A stretch of DNA of 64,000 nucleotides, taken from positions 1,280,001 to 1,344,000 of the forward strand of contig OZ244744.1 of the NCBI GenBank assembly GCA_965219455.1. The letters run 5' to 3'. Shown here in pieces: positions 49,526-59,416 of this stretch; within the stretch, counting starts at the first letter, position 1; the number at the start of each line of letters is the position of its first letter. A program made the position numbers and the translations under genes. The notes beneath the pieces were generated by a model. The model was not told the DNA's origin, did no database searches, and saw only the letters and a program-made list of their open reading frames with translations. This DNA comes from Candidatus Latescibacterota bacterium. Its GTDB lineage: Bacteria > Latescibacterota > UBA2968 > GCA-2709665.

Positions 49526-52030
49526 TTACGACGTCGATTTACCGAAGGCCCCGGCGAAGATGAGAAAGTCCGCGAACCCGATCGTCCCGTCCCCATCCAG
49601 GTCGCACCGGACGTCGTACCCTTCGTCGCCCTGACGTTGTCCGAACTTTGCCGCAAACAGCACGAAATCGCCAAAGTCTATCTCCCCGTCGCCATTCACG
49701 TCGGGGCTGCCATGGGCACGCGCCGTAAAGACCGCCGGCTCGAGATCGGCCGCGCGCGCCACCACGGTGTTCATCCCCGCCTCCCTGCCCAGCGTCAAGG
49801 TCGTGGTGGCGTTCCCGCTCGTATCGGCCCTGGCGGCCGTTGCCGATACCGCGCCGCCGCCGTCGGTTACGGTAAACAGCACGGGCATGTCCGGAAACGG
49901 GTCTCCGTGCTCGTCACGCACCGACACCACGAACGGCGCGGCCAATGCCGACGCCACCGCACCCTGCTGCCCATCGCCAGAGACCGTCCTCACGAGAACG
50001 GGACGCCGGCGCACCCACTCGGAGGTGTCCCACACCTCTATCCTGCCTCTGTAGGTTGACGCCGCCAGCACGGACCCGTCGTGCCAATAGGCCAGCGAAG
50101 AGATCGAGCCGGTATGCGGCAGCCTCTCGTAGAGCTTCCCCGTGGCGGCGTTGCGCAGGATCACCGTACCTTCCGGGCCCCCCGAGGCCAGGATCTCCCC
50201 GTCCGGCGAAAACGTCAGATAATTGACCGTAGGCGCATGCACCATGGGCAGGTCCGCGATAATGTTCCGCGCGGCCGCGTCCCACAGCGCGATCAACCCC
50301 TCGGCCCCCGCGGTGGCAGCCAGCACGCGCCCGTCAGGCGAGAACGCGATTGAATTGATGCCTCTCCCGCCGGGCCGCACAAGCCGGTACCGTACCTTGC
50401 GCGCGGCCACGTCCCAGAGCCCGATGGAATAGTCGTATGAAGCCGACGCCAGGATGCTGCCGTCAGGCGAAAACAGCAACTGTGAAATTGAGCCGGTATG
50501 CCCTTTCAGGACGCCCATCAGTTCTCCGGTGGCCACGTCCCATACCTTCATCTTGTCCTCGTCGGAAAATGCGCCCGAGATCAGCGTCGCGCCGTCGGGA
50601 GAGAACGCCAACGCAAGCGTCCACCACGTATGCCCTGCCAGCGTGCCCGTCCGCTCCCGCGACGCCACGTCCCACAGCGTGATCCAGCCGTCTACGGTTC
50701 CCGCGGCCAGCATCGACCCGTCCGGCGAGAACGCCAGCGACCGAATCTCGCTGTCGCTCCCGCTCAGGGTGGCCGTCTCTTCATACGTCTTCGTATCCCA
50801 CAGCTTGATGGTGCTGTCCCCCGATCCCGATGCCAGCGTCGTCCCGTCGGGGGACATTGCGAGCTGTCGGACGAATTTCGTATGTCCTTCCAGCGTGGCC
50901 AGGTGATACGGCGACCGCTGTGCGAACGTCCACCCCTCGTAGCCCTGATCACCTCGCTTGTCCACCGCCAGGAATCCGATATAATGGGATGGCGGATCCG
51001 ACAACGACGTGATGGTTCTACGGCCGGGTACCACGCCGTCATACTCGTACTCGATGACCGCTTCCTTCCCCCCCGACAGCGTGCGGCACGCCTTGAGTTC
51101 GAGAATAAAGCTCCCGCCGATGGGGTCCGAAATCAACATGGTCAGCTGATGCAGGCCGTGACGCGCCTTGAGCTTCAGACGCACGGTAATGCTTTGCGAA
51201 CCCTCTTCATACCACAAGGGCGACAGCAGCTCAACCGTGGGGCGTGCGTCCCAATCCCATTCAAGGGGGACCTCCGCGTTGAAAAAAGGGTGCACGGACA
51301 GGAACGCCGCGCTGCACGCCGATAGACGATCTCTTCCGCGCACTATCGAGAGGATGTGCGCGTGATCCCGGGAATCGTGGTAGAGCATCCCGAAGGCGTG
51401 CGCCAGTTCGTGCGCGGCTGTGTCGAAGCTGACACCGCCGGGAACGTACACCATCCCTCCATCCTTGCCACCGGCCGCCCTGCCTGCCGGGGCGCCAAAA
51501 GGACCCAGTCTGTGTCCGAAGCGGTTGTCGATCACGATGAACAGAACGACGTTGGCCGGATCATACGCGTCCCTGACCTCCCTTTGCACCGTTTCCGTCA
51601 TACGGTTGTCATAATAGCGGTCCGCGTGGGCGCCGTCCAGGCGGTGCACCACGGGCTCGCCATCCGCGTCCGCCTCATAGCGGAACGTCGTATAACCATA
51701 CCCGTGCGATTCCATCTGCTGTCCGAAGAACCGCTGCAGACGCACCATCATCGCCTTCATCGTATCCACCACCGACTGCCGGTACGGACGGTCGTTCGGC
51801 AGAAAGTAGATCAGTCGCACCGTACGCGGCTCGCCTACGTTCAACTCCGACGCAACCTTGCCCGCAACAGCAGCATCGTCCCGCCGCGCCTCGTGATCCA
51901 GCACCTCGCAGCGGTACTCACCCACGGCAGGCGGCGACGCGGGACCCGGAGCCGGGTAGCAGAGCAATGCCAGAAAGCACGTCGCCAGCGTCAACGTTAC
52001 TTGCAAACGATCAACAATCCATCTATCCAC
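49526..52030 (-). CDS. Secreted metzincin-like domain + WD40 + Big_1-like Ig + dockerin-like tail
   Basis: GEPRTVRLIYFLPNDRP, HELAHAFGMLYH, WD40 repeats, SGDGQQG..V.D..G.P..F.V..GGG, DVNGDGEIDFGDF..DLDGDGTIGFADF. Confidence 0.88.
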   Translation of the reverse strand: MDRWIVDRLQVTLTLATCFLALLCYPAPGPASPPAVGEYRCEVLDHEARRDDAAVAGKVASELNVGEPRTVRLIYFLPNDRPYRQSVVDTMKAMMVRLQRFFGQQMESHGYGYTTFRYEADADGEPVVHRLDGAHADRYYDNRMTETVQREVRDAYDPANVVLFIVIDNRFGHRLGPFGAPAGRAAGGKDGGMVYVPGGVSFDTAAHELAHAFGMLYHDSRDHAHILSIVRGRDRLSACSAAFLSVHPFFNAEVPLEWDWDARPTVELLSPLWYEEGSQSITVRLKLKARHGLHQLTMLISDPIGGSFILELKACRTLSGGKEAVIEYEYDGVVPGRRTITSLSDPPSHYIGFLAVDKRGDQGYEGWTFAQRSPYHLATLEGHTKFVRQLAMSPDGTTLASGSGDSTIKLWDTKTYEETATLSGSDSEIRSLAFSPDGSMLAAGTVDGWITLWDVASRERTGTLAGHTWWTLALAFSPDGATLISGAFSDEDKMKVWDVATGELMGVLKGHTGSISQLLFSPDGSILASASYDYSIGLWDVAARKVRYRLVRPGGRGINSIAFSPDGRVLAATAGAEGLIALWDAAARNIIADLPMVHAPTVNYLTFSPDGEILASGGPEGTVILRNAATGKLYERLPHTGSISSLAYWHDGSVLAASTYRGRIEVWDTSEWVRRRPVLVRTVSGDGQQGAVASALAAPFVVSVRDEHGDPFPDMPVLFTVTDGGGAVSATAARADTSGNATTTLTLGREAGMNTVVARAADLEPAVFTARAHGSPDVNGDGEIDFGDFVLFAAKFGQRQGDEGYDVRCDLDGDGTIGFADFLIFAGAFGKSTS

Positions 52031-52116
52031 GTCGCCATCACTCCCTTCACGTTATTGGCGACATCACATCACCCTCAGTCCCTCATTGGAGTACAATCAG
52101 CCTTCAATCACAGTAA

Positions 52117-55100
52117 TCATTGTCCGCTTTGCGCCGCCGCGTCGCTCTCGATATAGCCCGTCAGGATCACGAAATCCGCGTAGTTGATCGTCCCGTCGCC
52201 GTTCAGGTCCATCCGCCTGTCAAACCCCGCATCCGACCTGCCCAGCCCCATCTTCTTATTGAACAACGCCGCATCCGCGGCATCCCGCCTCCCGTCGCCA
52301 TTGAAATCCCCCGGCAGCGCGACGGTCATCCTGAACGACGTGGTTACCCGCCGGTCGTCCTCGTCGTCGACGACAACCGTTACCGTGGCGCTGCCCAGTT
52401 GCGTAGGGGTGCCGCCGATACGCCCGCTTGACGAAATGGAGATGCCGGCGGGTTCGCTTTCCAGGTCATACGTATACGATCCCCTGCCACCGGATACCGA
52501 CACCTGGATCGGGTCCATGTCAAGCTGCCACGTCACCACCACGTCCGAAATCGAGGCGATGGTCAACGGAGCACTGACACGCAACTGAAACGACGGGGTC
52601 GTCGCCGTTACGCCCTTCTTATCGGTGACCGTCACCGTCGCCGTGGACGTGCCCGTGCTTGTCGGCGTGCCGCTGATACGTCCGCTGGATCGGTTGAAAT
52701 TTACCCACGAAGGCTTGCCCGACATCGTGAACGCAAACGGTGTCTCACCTCCGGACGCCGACGCCGCTCTTGCAGGCATCTCCTGCCCCACGGTCGCCTC
52801 CACGTCGCGGATGTCGGCAATCTCCAGCGGCGGATCTACGACCTCGATCTCGAACGTTGTCGTGCCCCAACAGCCGCCGGCATCCGTCGCCTTCACCGTC
52901 ACGAGGTATGTGCCGGTTGTGTTCGGGGCCCTGCCGCTGATGGCCCCGCCGGTGGATACCGTCACCCACGACGGTCCGATCTCCTTCCTGAACGTATACG
53001 GCGACTGACCTCCGGAGGCGCGGGCCGTCATCGAAGGCATATTCTCATCCACCTCCACCTTCACGTTATCCAGGCCGCCCACAGTTATTGTCGGACATGT
53101 TACGGTGACATTGATTGAACCCGGGCCGGTATTCCCTTCCGCGTCCGTCGCCGTCACGCCGAAGGTGTAGGGGCCAGGCGCCGTGCCTGACGGCGGTTCA
53201 ACGGTGTATTCGTTGCTCCCCGTTTTTCTCACCCAACCCAGCCCGCCTGGATCCCCAAATGTCTTCGTCCCGCATCCCCCTTCCGCGCTCACGGTCACCG
53301 TCGCCGTCTCCCCGGCCGGCACCACCACCGGATCCGGGTTCTGCGTGACCGTGATCGGCGGACATTCAACCTCGATCTCGAATTCTTCATCGTCGGAATT
53401 GTTCCTATTGTCTCTGTCCGTCGCCGTCACCGTAACGTCGTAGGTTTTCTCGATGGGCCCCACGTTGCCTTCGATAAACCCCGTGTCAGAGACAATCCCT
53501 ACGCCCGTCGGCTGGCCTGATATGGAAAATTCAGCCGTCGGGCATGCAGGAATCACACTGGCCGTGAGCCCTATCTCCGTACGTGGCGTCACCTGCATAT
53601 TCTGGATCTCCCGGATGACGAACGGCGCGCAGACAACAGTGATCATGAAATCCTCGTCGTCGGTATTGTTCCTATTGACCATGTCCCTCGCCGTCACCCT
53701 CACGTTGTATTCACGGACGTCGTCCCCCACGCTACCGGTGATGACCCCGGTGTTCCGATCAATCTCTAAACGTCCAGGCGCGCCCGTCATCGACCATTTA
53801 ATCGACCCGCATCCCCCGGACGCATGCGGCGTGATTGTGATGCGTGTATTCACCGGCACCGTCTTGTTTGAGATCGGATCGATGACAACCGGCTCACAGA
53901 CGGTGATTTCAAACGAACACGTTGCCGTACTGTCAGGCGCATCCTCGACGGTCACCTCGACATTGTATTCGCCTGCCGGCGTCGCCGTCCCGCTGATCGT
54001 TCTATCCCCATCGTTTGATGGTTGTGTTGATATACCCAGAGTTAATTCCGACGGGCTGATAGACAAAGGATCAAACGTATACGGCGTAGTACCCCCTGAC
54101 GCCGTCGCCGTCAGCGAGATGGTCGCACCCTCCTTTACCGTCTGGTCCGCCGGGCACGTGATGGTCAGGTCTCGAATTTCGTCGAGTGTCGTCACCGTTT
54201 TGCTCGTCGAGCCGCCTTCACCGCAAGGGTTCCACGCAAGCACCTCGAAGGTATACGCAGTCCCTGCGTTTAAATTTGGCACCGTATGGCTCGTCGTGAG
54301 GCCTATCCCGGTCCAATTCTCCGGCAAATCCACTGTAGATTTCGCATATCTGACTCGATTTTCTGTGATCATGCCGCTCGGATTGGTCCACGACAATACC
54401 ACCTGCCTGACTCCCGCGGTCGCATTCAGGTTGGTCACGTCTCCTGGAACGGACCCCGTCGTGGTTGCCGTCGCGATGTCCGCATCGCCTACACTGTTAT
54501 TGGGGCAATCGTTCTTCGCGCGCACCTGGAATGTATATTCCTCGCAGACGTCCAGACCTTGCACCGTATGGGTCGTCGTTTCGCCTATGCTGGTCCACGT
54601 CGACCACAGGGGTGTGTCTGATACCTTATATCTGACGTGATTGTCTATAATCGTGCCACTCGGATTGGTCCACGACAATGCCACCTGTCCGACTCCCGCG
54701 GTCGCATTCAGGTTGCTCACCGCCCCTGGCGCTAAGCATGGCGGCGGCGGCGGAGGTGGAGGTGGCGGTGGCGGCGGCGGTGTGACGGTCTCCTGCCGTG
54801 GCGTCGCCATTGCCCTTGCCGAGTCGCCGTGGACCATCCCTGCTTTCGCGCGCGCCTCGAACGTATACTCGATCCGGTTGGTCAACCCCGTCACTACGTG
54901 GCGCGTCGTGTTGGGACCGCTATCGGTTATTTCGCTCCAATCAGGCAGCGCCAACGTGCTTCTGGCATATCGGAGCTGATAACCAATTACGGCGGCGTCA
55001 CGAGGATCAGACCACGTCAGCGTCACCTTCCTGTTTCCTGACGCCGCCCTGAAATTGGCGGGCTTCGCAGGCACGGGCGTGGCCGTCACGCGGGCCGAAG

Positions 55101-58100
55101 CGCCTTCATCGTCCCCTGCTTTCGCGCGCACCTCAAAGGTATACTCGATCCCGTTCGTCAGCCCCGGCACCGTGTGGCGCCTGGCCGTGGCATCGTTCGG
55201 ATCGATATCCAGCCACACGGGATTGGCGGGCGGGCTTCCGCGATAACGGTGGTACTGATAGCCGGAGATGTCGGTGTCACCGGGATCATCCCACGTCAGC
55301 GTCGCCTGCCTGTCCCCCGGCGATGCCTCAAGCCCCGCCGGCGCGTCTGGCGGCAGGGTAACGGTCACGCTGGCACGTGCTCCGGGACCCGTTGCGTTTA
55401 CGGCCCGCACCTCGAACGTATTCACGGTTCCGTTGGTCAACCCCGTCACTATGTGGCGCCTCGCGGCGGCATCGTTTGGATCGATATCCACCCACACGGG
55501 ATTGGCGGGCGGGCTTCCGCGATAACGGTGGTACTGATAGCCGGAAATGTCGGTGTCACTGGGATCATCCCACGTCAGCGTCACCTGTCCGACGCCCGCC
55601 GCCGCGTTCAGGCCCTCAGGCGGCGGCCCGGTGTGGAACATGACGGTTACCGTATTCGACCAGTCGCTGAACTCTTCACCACGGCTGGCGAGCACCTTGT
55701 ATGCGATGTATGGATACCCCCGCTCACGGGCAATGGTGTCCACCGTACGCGTATCGGCGTCTGGCGTACCAAAGATCCCGTGACGCATCACATTCACGCC
55801 GTCCGACGAGAGACTGTAATGGAAATGATAACTCGTCACGGATGCGAGGTCGGCCGTCGGCGCCTCCCAGGTCAACACCACAGTGCCGTTGTCGATCGTC
55901 GCTTCGAGATTGACGGGCGCGCGGTTCCCCGGCATCGCCGTAACGCTGGCCGGTGCGCCAGGATACGCACCCGCAACCGCACGCACCTCGAACGTATACT
56001 CGATGCCGTTCGTCAACCCCGGCACCGGGTGCGTCGTCGTAACGGCTATATCATGCCAACTTTCCGGTAGCGACGTGGGGTCGTCCCCATAGCGCACCTG
56101 ATAACCCGTGATGGCGTCGTCCTCCGGGTCAGCCCACGTCAGCGTCACCATCCGGTCATCCTCCCTCGCCGTGAGGTTGCCCGGCGGCGGGGGCGGCGCA
56201 GGCACGTCGATACGCGCGGCGTTGGACGAACCGCTGAGATAGATGTCGCGCTGCGTCTTCACCCGGTACACGTAGCTGTGTCCCGCCTCCGCGCCGGCGT
56301 CGACGTACGTGGTTTCCGTGGCGCCCGTGGCGCCGATCGAGTGAGAGACACCTGCCGCGTCAACGTCCGGCCGCCGCCGCAGAACCCGGTAGCCCGTAAT
56401 CGGCGCGGCGACGGTGGCCGGCGCCTCCCAGGTGAGGGTGACCGCGCCGTTGACCAGGGACGCGTTGAGATTGCGCGGCGGCGGCAGGTCAGGGGTGGCC
56501 CTCACACTGGCCGGCAGGCCATGAACGTCCCCGCTTATCGCGCGTACCTGGAACGTATACTCGACCCCGTTCGTCAAGCCCGTCACCTCGCGCGTCGTCG
56601 TGCTCGCTCCGGGCTCCGGGCTCACGGAAATGACGGTCCATTCCGCCGGTGCTTCACCCACGCCGTAGCGTATTTCATACCCGGTCACGTCGGGTGTATC
56701 CAAATTGTCCCACGTCAGCGTCACCGCCCTGTCACCCGCCGACGCCGTGAGGTTGTCCGGCGCGGCGGGCGGCGGCACATCAAGCATCACCGTCACGCTG
56801 GCCGTTTTGCCGGGATAATCACCCGCAACCGCACGCACCTGGATCCTATACTCGACCCCGTTCGTCAGATTTCCAACCGTGTGTTCCGTCGTGTTGGGGC
56901 CGCTGGGATCGATTGCCGTCCAATCGGGATCCCACGCGCCGTTTGCACGATAGCGGATCTCGTACCGGATGATGGCATCGTCGTCCGGATCCACCCACGT
57001 CAGCGTCACGGCGCCGTCACCCACCACGGGCGATCCCACCCATACGGGCGGATCGGGGACCGGCACCGCCGTCACGCTGGCCGATAGGCCCTCGACGTCG
57101 TCCACCCTTGCGCGCACCTCGAACGTATATTTCCTGCCGTTGTTCAGACCTTCCACGATATGTTCCGTCGTCGCCGGGCCGCTGTCGCCGATGATATGGG
57201 CATCGCTCCACTCCGGCAGGGCCATCGAACTCTCCGCCCAGCGTACCTGATACCGGGTGATATACGGGTTTTCCGGATCCCGCCACGTCAGCGTCACCTC
57301 CCCGTCACCCGGCAACGCCGTGAGGTTGTCCGGCGCGGCCTGCCGCGCCCCCGGCGTCGCCGTCGCGCGCGACGCTTCGCTGTAGCCGCCCGCGTTCCGC
57401 AACTGCACCTGGAACCAGTACTCGACCTCGTTCGTCAGGTCCTCCACCGTGCGCGTCATCGTGCGCTCACCGCTTGCAACGTCATCTTCAACGATCGAAT
57501 CAAGCGTGCCCGACACGCGTGTCCGATAACGCACCAGGTATCCCGTTATCGCGTGGTCGCCCGGCACGTCCCACGTCAACGTCACCTCACCGTCACCCGC
57601 CGTCGCCATCAGGCCCTCCGGCCGCGGCGGCGGCGCGGGCACGTACACGAGAACCTCGGCGGAACCACGGCTGAGCGTTTCGCCGTACATCGCCTTCACC
57701 TGATAGATAATGCTATCGTCAAACCCCACGTCCTCGTCCGTATACGTCCGCACCATGGCCCCGGTTGCGGCGAGCACGCGGAAACCCCCCTCGGCATTGT
57801 CTCCCGGAAAACGCCACAGCACCTGGTACCCCGTAACCGACCCGGCGGCGAGTGCGGGCGCGTCCCACGTCAGCACCACGATGCCATCCGCCACCGTGCC
57901 CCTCAGATTGGCCGGCGGCGGCGGCGCCGTCCTCACCGTCACGCTGTCCGATGCGCCGGGAACCTCCCCCGCAACCGCGCGCACCTCGAACGTATACCGG
58001 GTACCGCTCATCAGATCCACCACCGTGTAGATCGTGGTCGTGCCGATTTCAAGGACGGAATCGTCGCTCCAGGCCGGACGATCGGCGCCGGCCACACCAT

Positions 58101-58605
58101 AACGGATCTCGTATCCCGTGATGTACGCGTCCTCAGGATCGGACCACGTCAGCGTCACTTCCGTCAACCCAGGCGACGCCCGGAGGCGTTTCGGCTCCGC
58201 AGGCGGCATCCTGACCGTCACCCTGGCCGATGCGCCGGGAACCTCCCCTGCCATCGCACGCACCTCGATCGTATACTCTTTACCGTTCCTCAACCCCACC
58301 ACCGTGTGCTCCGTCGTGTTCGCAGGGCTGTCAACGTAATGATCGTGGCTCCACTCAGGCATTGACGTACCGGTTTCCCAATAGCGGACCTGGTATCCCG
58401 TCACGCGGGGGTCTTCCGCAGCTACCCACCTCAGCCATACCATCCGGTCCAGGGCAATCGCTTCCAACTCGACCGGCGGCTCAGGCGACGGCGCCGTCCT
58501 CACCGTCACGCTGTCCGATGTGCCGGGAACCTCCCCCGCAACCGCGCGGAACGGGATGCGGAAGGCCAGAGGGACCACGGGCGGTTTGCGATGATCGGGT
58601 TGCAA
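52117..58605 (-). CDS. Giant fibronectin type III repeat protein with Ig/cadherin-like (He_PIG-type) repeats and a dockerin-like tail; probably internally deleted at the 5' end
   Basis: Many VTLTW..P....I.GY..GLTNG.EYTFEVRA units, a 13-Pro linker, ASGG..PYTF..G.ISGTP units, GDFNGDG..DLNGDGTINYADF. TTG start with GAAGGGAG RBS; no signal peptide. Confidence 0.85.
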   Translation of the reverse strand: MQPDHRKPPVVPLAFRIPFRAVAGEVPGTSDSVTVRTAPSPEPPVELEAIALDRMVWLRWVAAEDPRVTGYQVRYWETGTSMPEWSHDHYVDSPANTTEHTVVGLRNGKEYTIEVRAMAGEVPGASARVTVRMPPAEPKRLRASPGLTEVTLTWSDPEDAYITGYEIRYGVAGADRPAWSDDSVLEIGTTTIYTVVDLMSGTRYTFEVRAVAGEVPGASDSVTVRTAPPPPANLRGTVADGIVVLTWDAPALAAGSVTGYQVLWRFPGDNAEGGFRVLAATGAMVRTYTDEDVGFDDSIIYQVKAMYGETLSRGSAEVLVYVPAPPPRPEGLMATAGDGEVTLTWDVPGDHAITGYLVRYRTRVSGTLDSIVEDDVASGERTMTRTVEDLTNEVEYWFQVQLRNAGGYSEASRATATPGARQAAPDNLTALPGDGEVTLTWRDPENPYITRYQVRWAESSMALPEWSDAHIIGDSGPATTEHIVEGLNNGRKYTFEVRARVDDVEGLSASVTAVPVPDPPVWVGSPVVGDGAVTLTWVDPDDDAIIRYEIRYRANGAWDPDWTAIDPSGPNTTEHTVGNLTNGVEYRIQVRAVAGDYPGKTASVTVMLDVPPPAAPDNLTASAGDRAVTLTWDNLDTPDVTGYEIRYGVGEAPAEWTVISVSPEPGASTTTREVTGLTNGVEYTFQVRAISGDVHGLPASVRATPDLPPPRNLNASLVNGAVTLTWEAPATVAAPITGYRVLRRRPDVDAAGVSHSIGATGATETTYVDAGAEAGHSYVYRVKTQRDIYLSGSSNAARIDVPAPPPPPGNLTAREDDRMVTLTWADPEDDAITGYQVRYGDDPTSLPESWHDIAVTTTHPVPGLTNGIEYTFEVRAVAGAYPGAPASVTAMPGNRAPVNLEATIDNGTVVLTWEAPTADLASVTSYHFHYSLSSDGVNVMRHGIFGTPDADTRTVDTIARERGYPYIAYKVLASRGEEFSDWSNTVTVMFHTGPPPEGLNAAAGVGQVTLTWDDPSDTDISGYQYHRYRGSPPANPVWVDIDPNDAAARRHIVTGLTNGTVNTFEVRAVNATGPGARASVTVTLPPDAPAGLEASPGDRQATLTWDDPGDTDISGYQYHRYRGSPPANPVWLDIDPNDATARRHTVPGLTNGIEYTFEVRAKAGDDEGASARVTATPVPAKPANFRAASGNRKVTLTWSDPRDAAVIGYQLRYARSTLALPDWSEITDSGPNTTRHVVTGLTNRIEYTFEARAKAGMVHGDSARAMATPRQETVTPPPPPPPPPPPPPPCLAPGAVSNLNATAGVGQVALSWTNPSGTIIDNHVRYKVSDTPLWSTWTSIGETTTHTVQGLDVCEEYTFQVRAKNDCPNNSVGDADIATATTTGSVPGDVTNLNATAGVRQVVLSWTNPSGMITENRVRYAKSTVDLPENWTGIGLTTSHTVPNLNAGTAYTFEVLAWNPCGEGGSTSKTVTTLDEIRDLTITCPADQTVKEGATISLTATASGGTTPYTFDPLSISPSELTLGISTQPSNDGDRTISGTATPAGEYNVEVTVEDAPDSTATCSFEITVCEPVVIDPISNKTVPVNTRITITPHASGGCGSIKWSMTGAPGRLEIDRNTGVITGSVGDDVREYNVRVTARDMVNRNNTDDEDFMITVVCAPFVIREIQNMQVTPRTEIGLTASVIPACPTAEFSISGQPTGVGIVSDTGFIEGNVGPIEKTYDVTVTATDRDNRNNSDDEEFEIEVECPPITVTQNPDPVVVPAGETATVTVSAEGGCGTKTFGDPGGLGWVRKTGSNEYTVEPPSGTAPGPYTFGVTATDAEGNTGPGSINVTVTCPTITVGGLDNVKVEVDENMPSMTARASGGQSPYTFRKEIGPSWVTVSTGGAISGRAPNTTGTYLVTVKATDAGGCWGTTTFEIEVVDPPLEIADIRDVEATVGQEMPARAASASGGETPFAFTMSGKPSWVNFNRSSGRISGTPTSTGTSTATVTVTDKKGVTATTPSFQLRVSAPLTIASISDVVVTWQLDMDPIQVSVSGGRGSYTYDLESEPAGISISSSGRIGGTPTQLGSATVTVVVDDEDDRRVTTSFRMTVALPGDFNGDGRRDAADAALFNKKMGLGRSDAGFDRRMDLNGDGTINYADFVILTGYIESDAAAQSGQ

Positions 58606-58890
58606 AGCGTTTCTCCCTTCCTGAGTTGAACGATTCCGGTTCGCTATGGTGAATTATTCACGAAGACCGGTGGTTGTGTTGTATAACCGGTTGTATTTCA
58701 ATAAATTCAGCGAAGTCTTGTACGACAGCATCTAACGAAATGCGGAATCTGATGGGTCAGGGTGACGTTGCGCGGTCTACAGAGGTAAGGATTCATCGCT
58801 TTGGCCCGGAAAAGTGAGCATTTGTCCTGCTTTTGGTTTTTATCCTGTCCATCCATGCAAGTTTGGGTTTTTGAATGAACGAGGCTATAA

Positions 58891-58919
58891 TTGACATCGC
58901 GACACAGGTTCCATATATT
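58891..58919 (+). promoter_or_regulatory. Near-consensus sigma70-type promoter with no downstream CDS
   Basis: TTGACA-N17-TATATT. Confidence 0.7.
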
Positions 58920-58924
58920 CCCGT

Positions 58925-59046
58925 ATAGTGAGGGCCGCATTCCGTCTCACGGCGCAAAAGCGCTACGGGATAAAAAAGGATGTGCGCCTTCCTGGATAAC
59001 CGTCGGTTTTGACTCTGGCAGGTCAGGGAACCGACGGTTTTTTTTT
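58925..59046 (+). ncRNA. Candidate ~120-nt small (antisense) RNA
   Basis: Bounded by the 58891 promoter and the hairpin AACCGTCGGTT..AACCGACGGTT with a T run; two small upstream hairpins. Confidence 0.5.
58998..59046 (+). terminator. Intrinsic terminator
   Basis: 11-bp base stem plus inner TGAC/GTCA stem, followed by a run of T. Confidence 0.7.
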
Positions 59047-59112
59047 GGTTGTCGGGTTAACAGCCCGTTGAGCTATGGACGTTGGGCTTCAGCGCCTTTT
59101 CGTATGACCCGG

Positions 59113-59141
59113 AATATAGGGGTCACGCGCGGGATGTGCAA
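59113..59141 (-). promoter_or_regulatory. Putative sigma70-type promoter firing leftwards
   Basis: Minus strand TTGCAC-N17-TATATT. Confidence 0.55.
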
Positions 59142-59359
59142 AATATTTATTAATTTTCATTGGCAGATATATAAACAAAACTTTACGTTGTTATCTACTT
59201 TTTTCCGTATTCGTCTACAAATCCTGACGGTCCTGCACGCGATTTCTCCGGCGGCGGCGGACTTTCACGGTCACGACCGACTCGTCGCCGTTGTGGGCAG
59301 CACTCGACGACCGGGTGCAAGTGTCGCATTTTGCGACAGTCGATGCCTGGCGCACACAT

Positions 59360-59396
59360 AAAAAAAAGGAGCCGGAAAATCCGGCTCCTTTTTTTT
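59360..59396. terminator. Bidirectional intrinsic terminator
   Basis: A8-GGAGCCGG-AAAAT-CCGGCTCC-T8, just downstream of the minus-strand methyltransferase operon. Confidence 0.9.
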
Positions 59397-59416
59397 CTAT
59401 CAGCCAGTTGGGGCCT

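Noticed and set aside
46726-52030. Diversity-generating retroelement acting on the repeat proteins
   Set aside because: No reverse transcriptase in the window, and mismatches between repeated segments are not confined to adenines.
58707-58940. 77-aa minus-strand ORF as a type I toxin
   Set aside because: Not hydrophobic, no SymE-like motif, and it runs through repeat-derived sequence.
58925-58975. c-di-GMP-I riboswitch, suggested by GCGCAAAAGC
   Set aside because: Lacks the GGCAAA / GAAA tetraloop / receptor layout and has no downstream gene on that strand.
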